Below are positions 1 to 13,019 of a DNA stretch of 64,000 bases, one piece after another. This stretch comes from Mobula hypostoma (taxonomy: Eukaryota). Every line of letters starts with the position of its first letter. The first letter of the stretch is position 1. The stretch is from contig NC_086097.1 of assembly GCF_963921235.1 (NCBI RefSeq), positions 193,194,001-193,258,000 of the forward strand, in the 5' to 3' direction. A model generated the notes under the pieces. It searched no databases and had not been told where the DNA came from. It saw nothing but the letters and a program-made list of their open reading frames with translations. The position numbers were made by a program, and so were the translations under genes.

Positions 1-3000
1 GGGTCTTCTTTCAGTCTCTTCCCCACCGCAGCCACTGTCCTGAGGACAGCATATATTGGGGGTGATAAACGATCTTCAGAGGAAGGCACTAAATTGAAGG
101 GCACCTCTCATCACCAGGCAAGCAAGGCCTTGGTGCCTTTTGGCCAGATCTAGTGATGAGACATTCTCAGATGGTTTGGACCATTTGCTCAGGGAACAAA
201 CCCACAGTCTCTATCCCGCAGTGTCTGCAGGACAATACATACTGATCATACCTGAAGAAGTAGTGGTCAAAGGTGTTCATTCATAAGAATTCTTCCACAA
301 ATGACAGGTAGTCAGGCAGCATCTATGGATGGAAAGGAACAGTCATCATTTCAGGCCAAGACCTTTCATCAGAACTGGAAAGGAAGATGGCAGAAACCAG
401 AGTAAAAAGGGGGACAAATTGGCAGGTAATAGGTGGAATAATTCATATTCGGCAGTGAAATAGGTCTCCAATTTCAGCTGTAGTCCCTCTCCCTCTTCTG
501 TTTGTTAATGTGAGTGACGATGCCCTTCCTCATGGAGACTGGCATTTTGCCATCCCGTTCCATAGGGTGGCATACAACTCTGCCAGTAGACTGTCACTTC
601 AGGGGGTTCTATTCTTGCTGAGTGAGTGGATGAGCTCGTCAGCTCCTCCAGGTACAGTGGCTGATCTAGATTCTCCTGCTTACTATTATCCAGGATTTCT
701 GTGTTAGAGGAAAGCAGGCTGTGCTCTTGCTGTAATATAGATTGACATAAGAGGATCTGGAGAACCTCAGTACATCTGTCTGTGAGGATGTTACTGAACC
801 GACCTCTTCCTTAAGATGTCAACTTGTGATACTTTTGGAAGAACAAACATCAGCATATCTCATCCTTTCCCACAAAATGGATCCTGAATTTGAAGATGAC
901 CTTGGAGGATTCAGAAGCAGTGAGCACAGTTTGCTAGCTCTTCACCTCTCAGAGTTCCCCTCTCAGTTACCCCCATGCCCTGGCCTCTAGATGGCAGAAC
1001 AAGTTAATGCAGGTCTGTCTGGAGTGGGTGCAATTCTCTCTGACTGTGACTTGCTTTCTACAACTTTTGAGAATAAGAAACCTCTTAATGTTCTCTTTGG
1101 TTGCTTCTCACCAGTGAATCGGGAATTTTCCAACCAACCTTTTAGTTCCTCAATATCCTCCAGTCAGCAGCTTGACAGTCCCCTGCCTTCTGGTCCTCCA
1201 AAAGATTACAGGAGGCTCAAAGGTGGGAATGATCAGTGAAGAACACTGGCATGACATCAGTGGATCTGGCCATATGAAGAGGAAGTCTATCCGGGACTGT
1301 ACGGAACTGACTGTTCTAGGCCAAGTGCGTTGCAGTTGGGTTCCGCCTACACTGGTGCTGAAAGCATCTCCAACTATTTCCATCAGGAGTCTTGAGCTGC
1401 TGCCCAATCTCCTGTCAGCACTGCCAGGTTGTCCATTACATCAAGGATGTGGTTGAAGTCTCCAGCCAGAACTATTGGGAGGGACATTGCCAGCTTCAGT
1501 GGGAGCTGCTGGAGGACAACTAGCGTTTCACTCAGAACATTTGAGGTGCACGTATCAATTAGCTGGAGTGAAGTGTTACGGTATTTTACCTCAGCCTCTA
1601 GGAGCCGCTGCACACCTCCACTCACCACTACTTTGAATTCATTGATCTAGAAGTTGCCGTCCCCCAGCAGAATCCCCAGGCTGCATCCTCTACTAATGTT
1701 TCCACTACCACTACATAGACAAAGTCCCTGCAACCACCATCACAACCATCTCCAATAAATGTGAAGGTGTGGCAGCCCATACACCTGTTTCAAAAAAATA
1801 CTAAAATGTCCAGTATTAATGCCTTGGAATACCTGACCAAGGGATAATCTGCCTTTCCCTAGGTCAGGTATTGCAAGACATTAATACTAGACATTTTTAG
1901 AGATGCCAGTTTTATTTCCATAGTTACTGGAGTTCAGGGTTCACAAATACAGTCCTTTGACAATCAGCCTGAGCCCACATGCCCACAGCCTTAGTGAAAT
2001 GCCTCACTGTTTTAGGCTCAGGTACTGCGAATGGTCTCCCCTAGGATGTGGGGTCATTGAGCGATGCTGGTGGCGGCATCACTAGAGACAGATTGGTCTC
2101 TGTTTCTGTTCTGATTGTTCTGTACCCCTCATGTCAGACCCTGTGCTGCTCCCGGTCTCCTGGAGCTGGCATGTGTGGGATGCTCCTGTCTTCCTTCATC
2201 ACTCTTATTTGTCTGTAGGCTCCCTCCTCGTCCCCTCTGTTCTTCAGTTTCGCTGTCCATGTCATCAGTTTTCTATGTTTACTTCATCCTCCAGTGAGGA
2301 GAGGTTGCTGGCATCTGTACATTGCATTGTCCTTTCTTCCCATAATGCAGATGACCACACTGTACTGGGACACATGTCCAGGTCTTTTGCAATTTGGACA
2401 TAGTCTTGGCTGCAAACTCGATTCCCTCCGATAGCCAACACTGAGGGAGGGTGGATGACGTTCCATTTGCATCCATCTTTAGTTTCTGTTGATCCAGTTC
2501 CCAAACAGGTCGATGTCCCTCCACACAGCTTCCTGCTCCCTGAGTCAGGAAGGTCAGGATATTCACAGCAGATGCACGTGGGTTGAACACATGCTCTGTT
2601 ATCTCACATTCCTTCCAGGTGAGGTGGGTGAAGAGTGGCTGCTCCCTCAACAGTGATAGCAGAGCCTCGTTCCTCTTCTGAAAGTCCTGTAACATGTGCC
2701 ATCTCACTGGGTACTTGAAGGTGATGTCATGCAACCCTTTACCTGGGAAGTCCTGGTAACAGTAGATGCCCTTTGTCTCAAACTTGCAGCATTCCAGCAG
2801 GACCATCTTGATGAAGAGGTCCCTGAATAAGGGGAATGGAATTCCCTTGTTGGGGTCCTTCACCAGCACCCAGACGGTGCTTTAAGTCCCCTGTTCTCTT
2901 CCCAGTGCATTTGTCACTGCAGCCATCCTGATTTGTAATCACAGTATAATTGCTGGAAAGGGGTGTTAGATTAGTTTCTCAATAAATGTCAGAGATCCAG

Positions 3001-3190
3001 CCCTACGACAGCGGTTAAGCTCTCATAAGGTAGCCAGTCTATCACAAAGAGACTCATTGTCTTCCTTCTTTAATGTCAATATTTGAGTTCTCCCATGAGA
3101 TTGTCCTCCTTGATAACTGTCCTGGGAGCTCAGCCCTGCTGATTGCTAAGCACTCCTGCCAGGTAACCTAACGGCTTGCAATGTGCGCAG
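1..3190 (-). mobile_element. Decayed Tx1/L1-clade non-LTR retrotransposon (ORF1, APE endonuclease, start of RT, C-terminal zinc finger; internal deletion)
   Basis: Minus strand. ORF1 ATG near 2926 with DITFK and knuckle CPNCKRPGH. ORF2 start MEIKLASL near 1920; endonuclease motifs IVLAGDFN and SRIDFLFI; RT start ...MRKGIVTL near 520; C-terminal RHQGLACLVMRGAL...GCGGEET at 1-300. Many stops and frameshifts; 5' boundary approximate. Confidence 0.75.
312..435 (-). mobile_element. Penelope-like terminal-repeat fragment inserted in the Tx1, with degenerate hammerhead
   Basis: caggcagcatctatgg...agtcatcatttcaggccaagacctttcatcagaac matches the PLE repeats at 15.6, 19.0 and 33.7 kb. Confidence 0.7.
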
Positions 3191-3309
3191 CTGCAGAGGG
3201 AAGGATTATGGATACTTTGACCTTCTAGTGCTAAGGCACACTGTTGTTTATTAACAACAGTTGTTTAAAATGAAACATTTCCAGTCAGGCAAGTTTTTGT
3301 TGTTCAGTT

Positions 3310-3670
3310 CTCACAGGTTAAAGCTGATTAAGAATGAACATGCCTCAAAACCAGTGTTTCTTCTGGTGGGGGAATCCAGAACTAAAGGGCACAGCCTCAA
3401 AACTGAGGGGCAACCTTTTAGAACAGAAGTAAGGAGGAATATTTTTAGGTAAAGAATGGTGAATCTGCAGAATGCTCTGCCACAGACTGGAGTGGCCAAG
3501 TCTGTGGGAATATTCAAAGAGAAGGTTGATAGGTTCCTGATTGATTGTGGCATCAAGGGATATGGTGAGAGGCAGGTGTATGTAGTTGAATAGGATCCAG
3601 GATCAGCCATGATGAAATGGTGGAGCAGACTCGATGGACTGAATGGCCTAATTCTGTTCCTATGTCTTAC
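3310..3670 (+). mobile_element. CR1-like LINE 3' end
   Basis: VGESRTKGHSLKTEGQPFRTEVRRNIF plus the 3'UTR ggatcagccatgat...gactcgatgg...ggcctaattctg shared with 26340-26640. Confidence 0.8.
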
Positions 3671-4229
3671 TGCCGTATGGAAATTAGATTATGTAGAAGG
3701 TGCAGTTTATTTCTGCAGAAACAATTGAAATGTGCTCAGCAGCAAGTGAAAGGCAGAACTGACATTCTCTGGGTCACCTGCTTTCATTCTGGACACTCAG
3801 CTGAACTGTCTCCCAGAGCGCTTCCCACTTAATGGGTCCCTGACTTGCAAGTTATGTCATTCCTGTGCAGCAGCCAATTTGAAGGATTGTGGAGGAAGTT
3901 TGCAACAACCATTAAGTACTTCTAGGACAGGGTTCTTGTTGTACATTGCCAGATTGGCACCCAGTTAAGTCACAAGCTCACCTTTTACCTTTTACTAACA
4001 ACTACCCCACCCCATCATGCCAATACCTTCCTCAAACCATTTCCCATCCACCAAATTGCTGCCTTAATACTCCAATACGACATGACTACTTCTCCCTCTG
4101 ACTCAGTTGTGTCTGTAAACCCCATTCAAGGCTTTGGATTCCACCCCACTCTCTCTGGAAACCCATAAATTTCTGATCTCCCCTACACCCAATAAGTTAT
4201 TATGTACTTACTATGAATAAGCAACATGG

Positions 4230-4425
4230 TAACAGTTTTACAAGCCATGCCTCCTATTCCCACCATCGCACTGCCCAGCACCTCAGGACTCAGTTCTACG
4301 TGACACTGAAGGGTTTCGGCCCAAAATATCGACTATGCTCTTTTCCTAAATGCTGCCTGGAGTTCCTCCAGCATTTTGAGTGTGTTGCTCAGATTTCCTC
4401 TATCTTCAGGTTTTCTCTTGTTTGT
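4230..4425 (+). mobile_element. Penelope-like fragment (sense orientation) with broken hammerhead
   Basis: gggtttcggcccaaaatatcgact...gagttcctccagcattttgagtgtgttgctc is the reverse complement of the PLE repeat. Confidence 0.7.
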
Positions 4426-6990
4426 CGAGGTGACATCTTTTTGTCTATGTAAAATTGTAATAGTTTTTCACCCTCGTTGGTTGCTGAAATAGGAACATTG
4501 ACACACAGTTGCTGTAAATGTATGACACATCAATTTCCATGCAAGTAAATGCCAATTGAAACATTATGGTCAACCTTCTTACATACTGCAAAGAAATCTT
4601 CCATCACTTAATGAATGAATCAAGTCACAGGATTTTATTGATCATTTATTGCCTTCTGTTCTCACCAGTTAGATTGTTTCATCACAATCACGACTGCTGC
4701 TTCTGAAGCTATGGGGGGAGAAGTACAGAACAGAACATCAGTTCGTATAGGAAGAGTGATGAGAAACTCTAGTAGACCTCACTGGATGATCTGGACTCAC
4801 AGTGAAGTGCCCACCAATACCCAATGCCTTGGGCACAATTGAACACACATGCATGTTCGTTGTGCCATCCATGATCGGGGATAAATATCTAAGGAGGGGC
4901 TAGATCGAATTGATGAGCTGTGATTCACACTGAGGAATCACAGGAGTTCTTGTAGTGTCATTCAAAGTGGAGTCCATTCTGCAAATGTGCTGGAGCAATG
5001 TATAGTAGCAAGTGCCTGTCTGCAACAAACAGTTGTCAGGCTATGTAAGGGTTCCTGAAAAATATCCATAAGCCAAGTCAGAAACATCAGCTTTCTATAT
5101 ACAGATGAATTGCTTTACATGCCCTTCCTATAATTCATTCACTTTATTGAACAACCACCCTCATACTACCCATAATTACATATTTTATTTCAGGAAGTCC
5201 CCAGGTTATAACAGGGGACTTGAGAACTAGTTGTAACCCAACTTTTTCCATAAGTGAGAACTGAACAAAAACAGTGTGTGGGAGAGGATCACAGAAACCG
5301 TTGTGGCAGGTGAGTGAGCAGGCACAAGACGAGGGATGCTTGCAGGCCTCTGACTCTGGGAGTGAGTCTGCTCAGCTGGATTCAACCCCTGTTACAGCTC
5401 GACTCAGCCCGCTACAGCTTGGTGAGTGAAAGAAGAGAAGGCACACAGACATGCTCTGTTCCCACCTGGATGTAGCCAGCAAATCCATCCCCATCCATCC
5501 TGATTAGTCTCACCAACATTCATTCATAGTTATGGTTGTCCATAAATCCAGCATTCTTAACCTATGTCGAGCATGTATAATTATTACTATCTTGAAAAAT
5601 GCTTTAAAAATTTATAGGAGATTTTGCATTGCAATCAGATTTCAATATCAGTCATTCATAACTTTTGCGAGTCCCTGTATTCTCACAGCATTTATTTAGT
5701 AAATGTTCGCATTAATTTACATAAACAGAATTAAGATCTTTATTGTACGTATATTGTAATACATGACAAATAATTAATTGGTACATATTTTCTTAATGAA
5801 CGTTGATTAAAGGAGATCTTGGACATTTGTAGCAAATGAAACAGCCATAATTGCCGTTACTCATAATGTATTTATAACATATAAAATGTAATTTGATGTA
5901 ATTTTATGGGATGTAAATTTTATTCTCATGACTTAAATTTAAAAGAAAATAGTTGAAAGATGAGAAATTTGTGATGCAGTCAGTATATATTTTTCTTTGT
6001 CTTTTTGCAAATTGCTCTCTCCATATTACAACTATTGCTCATTCTTCAGTCCCACTAAATGCCTTTATGTGACAATTCCACCATCTGTGTGCTGAGTATG
6101 GGACAACAGAGAGTTGATAAACAAAACAAATATAGTTTTAATTGTGCTGCACAAAGATGAAATTCTTCTGGGTGTTTTATTTGCCTGGTAATAAGCAGAT
6201 ATCTTATAATAAATTTCCATTCTTATCTGCATCTGAAATGGCCAAAAATTGGATAGGACGAATATGTAGACGTGTATCAGAGTTTTGATCTTTCATATTC
6301 CTTTCTGTTCTCATCATTCTATTTCTGAAATCACACTCTAAGTTATCATTGTTTTAGATTGTTATAAATACTCAATGCATTCATTAGCTTTAAAATAATT
6401 TTGCAGCAATTAAGATCATGCAACCCTGGCTACAGTGCAATACATTTAATTGCCAGATTTATTACAATTCGACTTTGTTTCAAGTAAATGATTTTAATAA
6501 CTTTTGCTTTATTAGAAAATTTCTGTCTCTCTGTGTTTTTCAGTGTAAGTGGTTTGCTTTGTATGCAAGGTGCCTCAGCCTATTGTGTCATGTTTGAATT
6601 TACCATTTTTATGATAGGATATCTATTAAACCTTGGCATTCTCTACTGAATTGTATCTTAACTTATACAAATTTGAATTCCGATTTATTGACAAAAATTG
6701 CACCATTTCGCTTCAATGTCCTAATGAAGTCTAAAGGCAATGAATAAATCTATTTTAGAAGTGACATTTTGACATAGGTACAAGTTACAACGGTAGCATG
6801 ATAAATAACCTGTTTATTTTCAAATCTTATATAAAATTATAAGATTTAAAAATGTCACCCACCAACTGGTTTACAATGTCTTTGGTTGAACTTCATATGT
6901 CATTTTGCCCATGGCACACTATCGTTTCACCAAACCTAAGTTTTTTCCAGAGTGGAATGTTGTAATGGAAAAGGTAAGAATTAAAATGTA

Positions 6991-7511
6991 CACTCAGTGG
7001 CCACTTTATTTGGTACAGGAGTGGAACACCGTGTGGTCTTCTGCTGCTGTAACCCATCTACTTCAAGGTTCGACATATGCGTTCAGAGATGCTCTTCTGC
7101 ACACCACTGCTGTAACGTGTGGTTACTTGAATTACTATTGCCTTACTGACAGCTTGAACTAGTCTGGCCATTCTCTCTGACCTCTCCCATTAGCAAGGCA
7201 TTTTCACACACAGAACTCCTGCTCACTGGATTTTTTTTTGTTTTACACACCAGTCTCTGTAAACTTTAGAGACTGTTGTACATGAGATAAACAGTTTCTG
7301 AGATACTCCAAACATCGCATCTGGCACATCCAATCATTCCACAGTCAAAGCCACTTCAATCACATTTCTTCCCCACCCTGATGTTTGTTCTGAACAAATG
7401 GACCTCTTGACCATGCCTGCATGCCTTTATGCATTGAGTTGCTGCCACATGATTAGCTGATTAGATATATGAGCAGGTGTATAAATATACCTAAAAAGTG
7501 GGCACTGACTG
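6991..7511. mobile_element. Tc1/mariner-like non-autonomous DNA transposon
   Basis: TA|cactcagtggccactttatt ... aaagtgggcactgactg|TA: terminal inverted repeats with TA duplication. Internal sequence is shared, inverted, with 21002-21500. Confidence 0.8.
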
Positions 7512-9580
7512 TATATTTTAACATTTTAAAAAAATTTCATAACTCTACATCCACTTCAAGGAACGGGTTGAAAATCCAGATCAATTACAGAAGTCCATGG
7601 CTGGCCAGTAATTATTCAGTCTTTTGAAAGATTTCTGAAAGTTGTATAATCCCTCACCTAGTCTCTACTGTGGTCCTTAAATAAGTAACATCTAATTATC
7701 AACCAAGCTATTATAACTCTCACTCTTCTTGCCCTACTCTAGCGCTCTCCTCTTCCCAATGTCTTGTGATCTTTCTCCAAAATTGCATGTGAGCACATTA
7801 GAACTACTACTATTCTTCATTTCTGTCCCATTCTTCATTAATATACACAACTTAATCGATACATTTCTTGATTATTCCTCGTGTTTCGCTTTACAATTGT
7901 TCAAACTACAAAGAAATCCAACTCGTTATCTCACTCTCACCTTATTGTTTACACCTTTAGTAAAGATAGAGAGGGGGGTTAAAGGGGGGGGAGTTGCTCT
8001 ACTAATCAGGGGCAATATCACAGCTGCACTCAGAGGGGACATAATGGAGGCCTCGTTCACTGAGTCTACAGGGATAGAACTCAAAAGTAAGAAGGGTGCA
8101 ATCATTCTGATGAGATTGTACTACAAATTCCTGCCCCCCACCCCCATACTGACTGAAAATAGAGGAACAGATTTGCTGGCAGATTAAGGAATCGTAAAAA
8201 TAATAGGTTTGTTGTCATGGGGCACTTCAACTTCCCTGATGTATATTGGGACCTTCTTAGTGCAAGAGGTTTAGGCAAGGCAGAATTTGTTAGATGCATC
8301 CAGAAGAGTTTTTTTTTAAATCAATCTGTAGATAGTCTAACAAGAGGAGGGACTGCACTGGACCTGATGTTGGGTAATGAGCCTATCCAAGTGACCAGCC
8401 TTTCAGTCTGTGAACAGCTATGGAATGGAGACCACAACTCTAAGTTTTAACATAGCTATAAGAATGGACCTTGAGTGAGAGTATTAAACTGGAGCAGGGC
8501 AAATTACAAGAGCATTAGGGAGGAACTAGGGAAAGCTAATTGGGAACAGTTGTTTTTAGAGAAGTCCACAACTGAGATGTGGGGGGTGTTAAAGACCAAC
8601 AGCACAGAGTACAAGATGGGTATGTTGCAGTCAGAAAGAAGGACAAGGATAAAACAACCTTGGACGTTAAGAGAGGTGGTAGAGTCAAGAAGATGAAGGG
8701 AAAATCGCTGAGGATGCTAGAATCAAACAGGCCCCTTGAGGATTATAAAGAACTCAAGAAGAGAATCAGGAGAGCCAGGAGGTGCCATGAAAAGTCAAGT
8801 AGGATTAAAAAGAATCCCAAGGCATTCTATACATAGATCAAGAGCAAGGGAGAGGGTAGCATCACTCAAGGATAACATGGGGGGGGGTAAACATTTGCTT
8901 GGAGGCAGAGGAAGTGGATGAGGTCCTTAATGGATACTTGACATCAGTATTTACCAAAAAAACGTAGAGGATACAGAGATCAGTGCCAAGCATATTGATA
9001 TGCTAGGCATTTCGAGATAAAGGAGGAAGGCAATTTTGGGTCTCTTTAAGAACATTAAGGTGGTTAACTCCCCAGGGTTTGATGGGATGTATTCCAGGTT
9101 ATTGAGAGAGGCAAGAGATTTCTGGGGCCTTGACCAATATCTTCCTGTCCTCTCTATCCACAGGCCAAGTCCCAGAGGACTGGCAAGTAGTTAATGTTCC
9201 ATTATACAAGAAGGGAACCAGGGATAATCCTGGAAGCTATAGATTGGTGAGTTTCAACTTAGTGGTAGGGAAGTTACTGGAGGGAATCCTTAGGGATAGG
9301 ATTTATGAGCATTTGGAAAACCATAGCCTAATTAGGGAAAGCCAGCATGTTTTGCACAGGGCAAGTCGTGGCTTACTAACCTGATTGAGTTTTTTGATGA
9401 GGTGATGAGGGTGATTGATGAAGGTAGAGCTGTGGATATTGTTTACATGGATTTTAATAAAGCATTTGATAAGATCACTCACATAGGAGGCTCATCAAGA
9501 AGATTAAGGTGCATGATATCCATGGTGAATTAGCCATTTACTTGCCCATAGAAGACAGAGGTTGGTGGTCGAAGGGACTT

Positions 9581-9822
9581 AGAAACATAGAAACATAGAA
9601 AATAGGTGCAGGAGTAGGCCATTCGGCCCTTCGAGCCTGCACCGCCATTTATTATGATCATGGCTGATCATCCAACTCAGAATCCCGCCCCAGCCTTCCC
9701 TCCATACCCCCTGATCCCCGTAGGCACAAGGGCCATATCTAACTCCCTCTTAAATATAGCCAATGAACTGGCCTCAACTGTTTCCTGTGGCAGAGAATTC
9801 CACAGATTCACCACTCTCTGTG
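9581..9822 (-). mobile_element. Young CR1-like 3' end with (tttctatg)n tail
   Basis: Near-identical reverse complement of 45320-45560. Confidence 0.85.
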
Positions 9823-9975
9823 AATCTGTTCTGTTTTGGCCAGTTTTTTGGTCGGTTTGTCTTGTGTTTCTGTGATATCATTCTGGAGGAACATTGTATC
9901 ATTTCTTAATGCATGCATTACTAAATGACAATAAAAGAGGACTGCGTGTCCTCATAATCTAATCTAATCTAATCT
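9823..9975 (+). mobile_element. Non-LTR element 3' tail ending aataaa...(aatct)n, probably Rex1-like
   Basis: AATAAA followed by a (taatc)4 microsatellite tail, abutting the previous insertion. Confidence 0.5.
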
Positions 9976-11239
9976 ATCTGGAGGTCTCTCATTAGAGATG
10001 TTCCGCAGGGATCTGTACTGGAACCTCTGCTGTTTTGCGATGTATATAAATGACCTGAATGAAAATGTAGATGGCTGGGTTAGTAGGTTTGCAGATGGTA
10101 TGAAGATCAGCAGTGATGTGGATAGCATAGAAGACTGGCAAAGAATACAGTGGGATATAGATCAGTTGCAGATATGGGTGGAGAAATGGCAGATGGAGTT
10201 TAACACAGCCAAATGTGAAGTGTTGCACCTTGATAGGTCAAATGTAACGAGACCATACACTGTTGAAGGCAAGACCCTTAACAGTGTTGATGAGCAGAGG
10301 CATCTTGAAGTCCAAGTTTATAACTCCCTGAAGGTGGCTACACAGTTTGATAGGGTGTTTAAGAAGGCACATGACATGTTTGCCTTTATCAGTTGAGGCA
10401 CTGAGCTCAAAAGTCAGGAAGTTAGTTATGCTCCAGCTGTATAAAACTCTAGTTAGGCCGCATGTGGAGTATTGCATACAGTTCTGATTGCCCCATCATG
10501 GGAGACTTTGGAGAAGGATGCAGAAGAGGTTTGTCAGGATGTTGCCTGAATTAGAGGGCATGTGCTATAATGACAGATTGGACAAACCTGGGTAGTTTTC
10601 CCTGGAGCAGCAGAGGTTGAGGGCACACCTGAAAGAGTTTATAAGATTATATGAGGCATCAATAGACAGACATTATCTTTTACCCCAGGATTGAAATGTC
10701 TTACTACCAGAGGGCATACATTTAAGGTGGTGGTGGTTGGGGCGGGGGGGTTCATTTTGAGGGAGATTTGGAGGGCAGGTTTGCTACACAGAGACTGATA
10801 GGTGCCTGAAATACACTGCGTGGGTGGTGGTACAGGCAGAAACTCTTAAGGACTTTTAAGAGATGTTTAGATAGGCATATGAATGAGAGGAAAATGGAAG
10901 GAACTGGACGTTGTCCAGGCAAAAGGGATTAATTGTGTTAGCCTTTTGATTACTAATTTAATTGGTTCAGCACAACATTGTGGGCTACAGGGCCAGTTCC
11001 TGTGCTTTACTGTTCTATGTTCAAACTCTCCACTGAGGAAAAATATCTGCTCACATAGAATGGGCATCAGAACATAAGAAATTGAAGAACCCCTCGTCCC
11101 TCTACCTTTCATTAATATCATAACTGATTGGTCACCTTGCACCCCATGTCCTTTGATTCCTTTTACATCTAAAAGTTTATCACCATCTTGCACTTCCACT
11201 ACTCTTGTGCATATTGATTTGCTAACTTCTGGGTGAACA

Positions 11240-11875
11240 AAAGCTTGTTGAGTGTGCAGTTGTCATCATCCCACTACAGGAAGGACATGGAGGCTTCAGA
11301 GAGGGTACAGAAAAGATTCAACCAGAATGCTAGATTAGAGGGTATGAGCTATTCGGAGAGGTGGACAAACTTGGGTTGTTTTCTCTGGAGAATCAAGAGA
11401 CTGGGGGGAGACCTGACAGAAGTTTATAAAATGATGAGAGGCATAAATACTGTAGGTATCAGTGTCCAATTTTTTTTCAGGATAGAAATGTCAATTACTG
11501 GAAGACTTGCATTTGAGATGAGGGGGAGATAAGTTTAAAGGAAATATGTGGGGTAAGTGTTTTACATGGAGATTGGTAGGTGCCTGGAATAGGCTGCCAG
11601 ACATTGTGGTGGAAGCAGATTTGAGCACAGAACATAGAACTGCACAGCACAGTACAGGCCTTTCACCACACAAAGTCATGCTGACTTTTATCCTACTCTG
11701 AGATCAATCTAACCCTTCATTCCTACATAGACCTCCATTATTCTGACATCAGTGTTCCTATGATAGTGGCATCTAAAATAGGAAAATGCAGGGAATGAAT
11801 AATATCCAGGCAGATTTAATTTGGCATAATGTTCTGCACTAACATCATGGGCTGCAGGGCCTGTTCTTGTGCTTA
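11240..11875 (+). mobile_element. CR1-like LINE 3' fragment with a short inverted LINE tail inserted (~11625-11760)
   Basis: HYRKDMEASERVQKRF...RLGGDLTEVYKMMRG. Confidence 0.75.
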
Positions 11876-12491
11876 TTCAAAGCACTAGCATCAACACCAC
11901 ATCTACCATGTCAAACCCCTCAAGCACTTTTGTGCATTTCGGTGAGATCACCATGCGCATCCAACCCTACCCCATATCAAGCACAATATATAGGTCTGGA
12001 TTGCTACACCAGGGTGCCTTCCTATTGATGTCCTGAGTAGGTGCTCGAAACACCACCCCCTTCCTCCCTGTGAGATATGACAACTGAGCCTCATCCTGCT
12101 ATTTCTGGTACCCATTCTATGCTGGGGAGTCCAGACTGCAGGTTTAAGATTGTTTAATGCCATTTCCTGTAGATATGTAAAGGAGAAGGAAATAATTGTT
12201 ACTCCGGATCTGATGCAGCAAAAAAAAACCACGAACGATATATAAGGCAATAATAATAATAAAAGCAATAAATATGAATAGATAAGATAGCTTATGACCA
12301 ATGAGATCAATAGCGCTTAACTCTGTGGCATTTGAGAATCTAGTAATCTGGGATTTTTGTACTTTGTATAGATCAATATTGCCAGTGTATTGAGCCATTG
12401 GGTCAATTTAGGACCAGAATACTGTTATCATCTATTGTACATTTTTATGCTTAGCTACTGTTTTATTATAACATTTATTGTTCTCTTGTAG

Positions 12492-12901
12492 TTTTCGAAG
12501 ATTTACGAGATCAAACAGTGTGACAGCTGCAGTACAGGCTGATCTGGATTATAAGGAAAGTTGTGAAATTTCACTGGTGCCCCAGGAAGTAGTTTCAAGT
12601 CCATTACTAAGGCAGCTCTCCAAAGATGCAAGCACATCCACACCTAGCTTTCTTGGATCAGATTCGCAAGCCGGTGCACAAGAGAATGCCTTTGACTCAA
12701 ATTTTGATCCCTCTTTTCTGCCACCCCCCGAACCCTGGATCGACTCTACATCAGAGGCTGAAGTAGAAGCAGGCCAGAGGTCAGTGTGTCAAAGGGATGG
12801 ACGATGGTTTATGAAATTGCTTCAAGCAGAAAAGGAGCGCATGGATGCCTGGTGTCAACAGATGGAAAAAGAAGAACAAGAAAATGCCCTTCCTGAAGAA
12901 A
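12492..12901 (+). CDS. DLGAP1: DLGAP/SAPAP (GKAP family) coding exon, 410 bp, fourth from last
   Basis: Acceptor ttctcttgtag|T (phase 2), donor A|gtaagt (phase 1). Translation FRRFTRSNSVTAAVQADLD...FDPSFLPPPEPWIDS...QRSVCQRDGRWFMKLLQAEKERMDAWCQQMEKEEQENALPEE matches the DLGAP1-type region entering the GKAP homology domain. Family certain; paralog assignment less so. Confidence 0.93.
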
Positions 12902-13019
12902 GTAAGTCGATATAATAAATTCACAAGAAAGTAATGAACTCCAGCCTACATGGGAAACAAACATAAAACTACTTATAATGTAACATTTACCTATAATATT
13001 GACTTGTTTATCCATGGAT

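Larger units (their letters stand above)
7960..11000 (+). mobile_element. Degenerate CR1-like LINE ORF2 (APE-RT) with nested insertions at 9581-9975
   Basis: GGGVALLI, VMGHFNFPD, NPGSYRLVS, RFADGMKI, WQMEFNTAKCEVLH, with many frameshifts; 3'UTR near 10960-11020. Confidence 0.85.

Noticed and set aside
5190..5575. Tigger/pogo-like MITE (caggaagtccccaggttata...)
   Set aside because: The right terminal repeat is too degenerate to confirm.
12478..12915. ORF-track start/stop positions for the DLGAP pieces (also 56969-57253 and 63754-63948)
   Set aside because: True boundaries are splice sites; the ORF extensions are intronic read-through.
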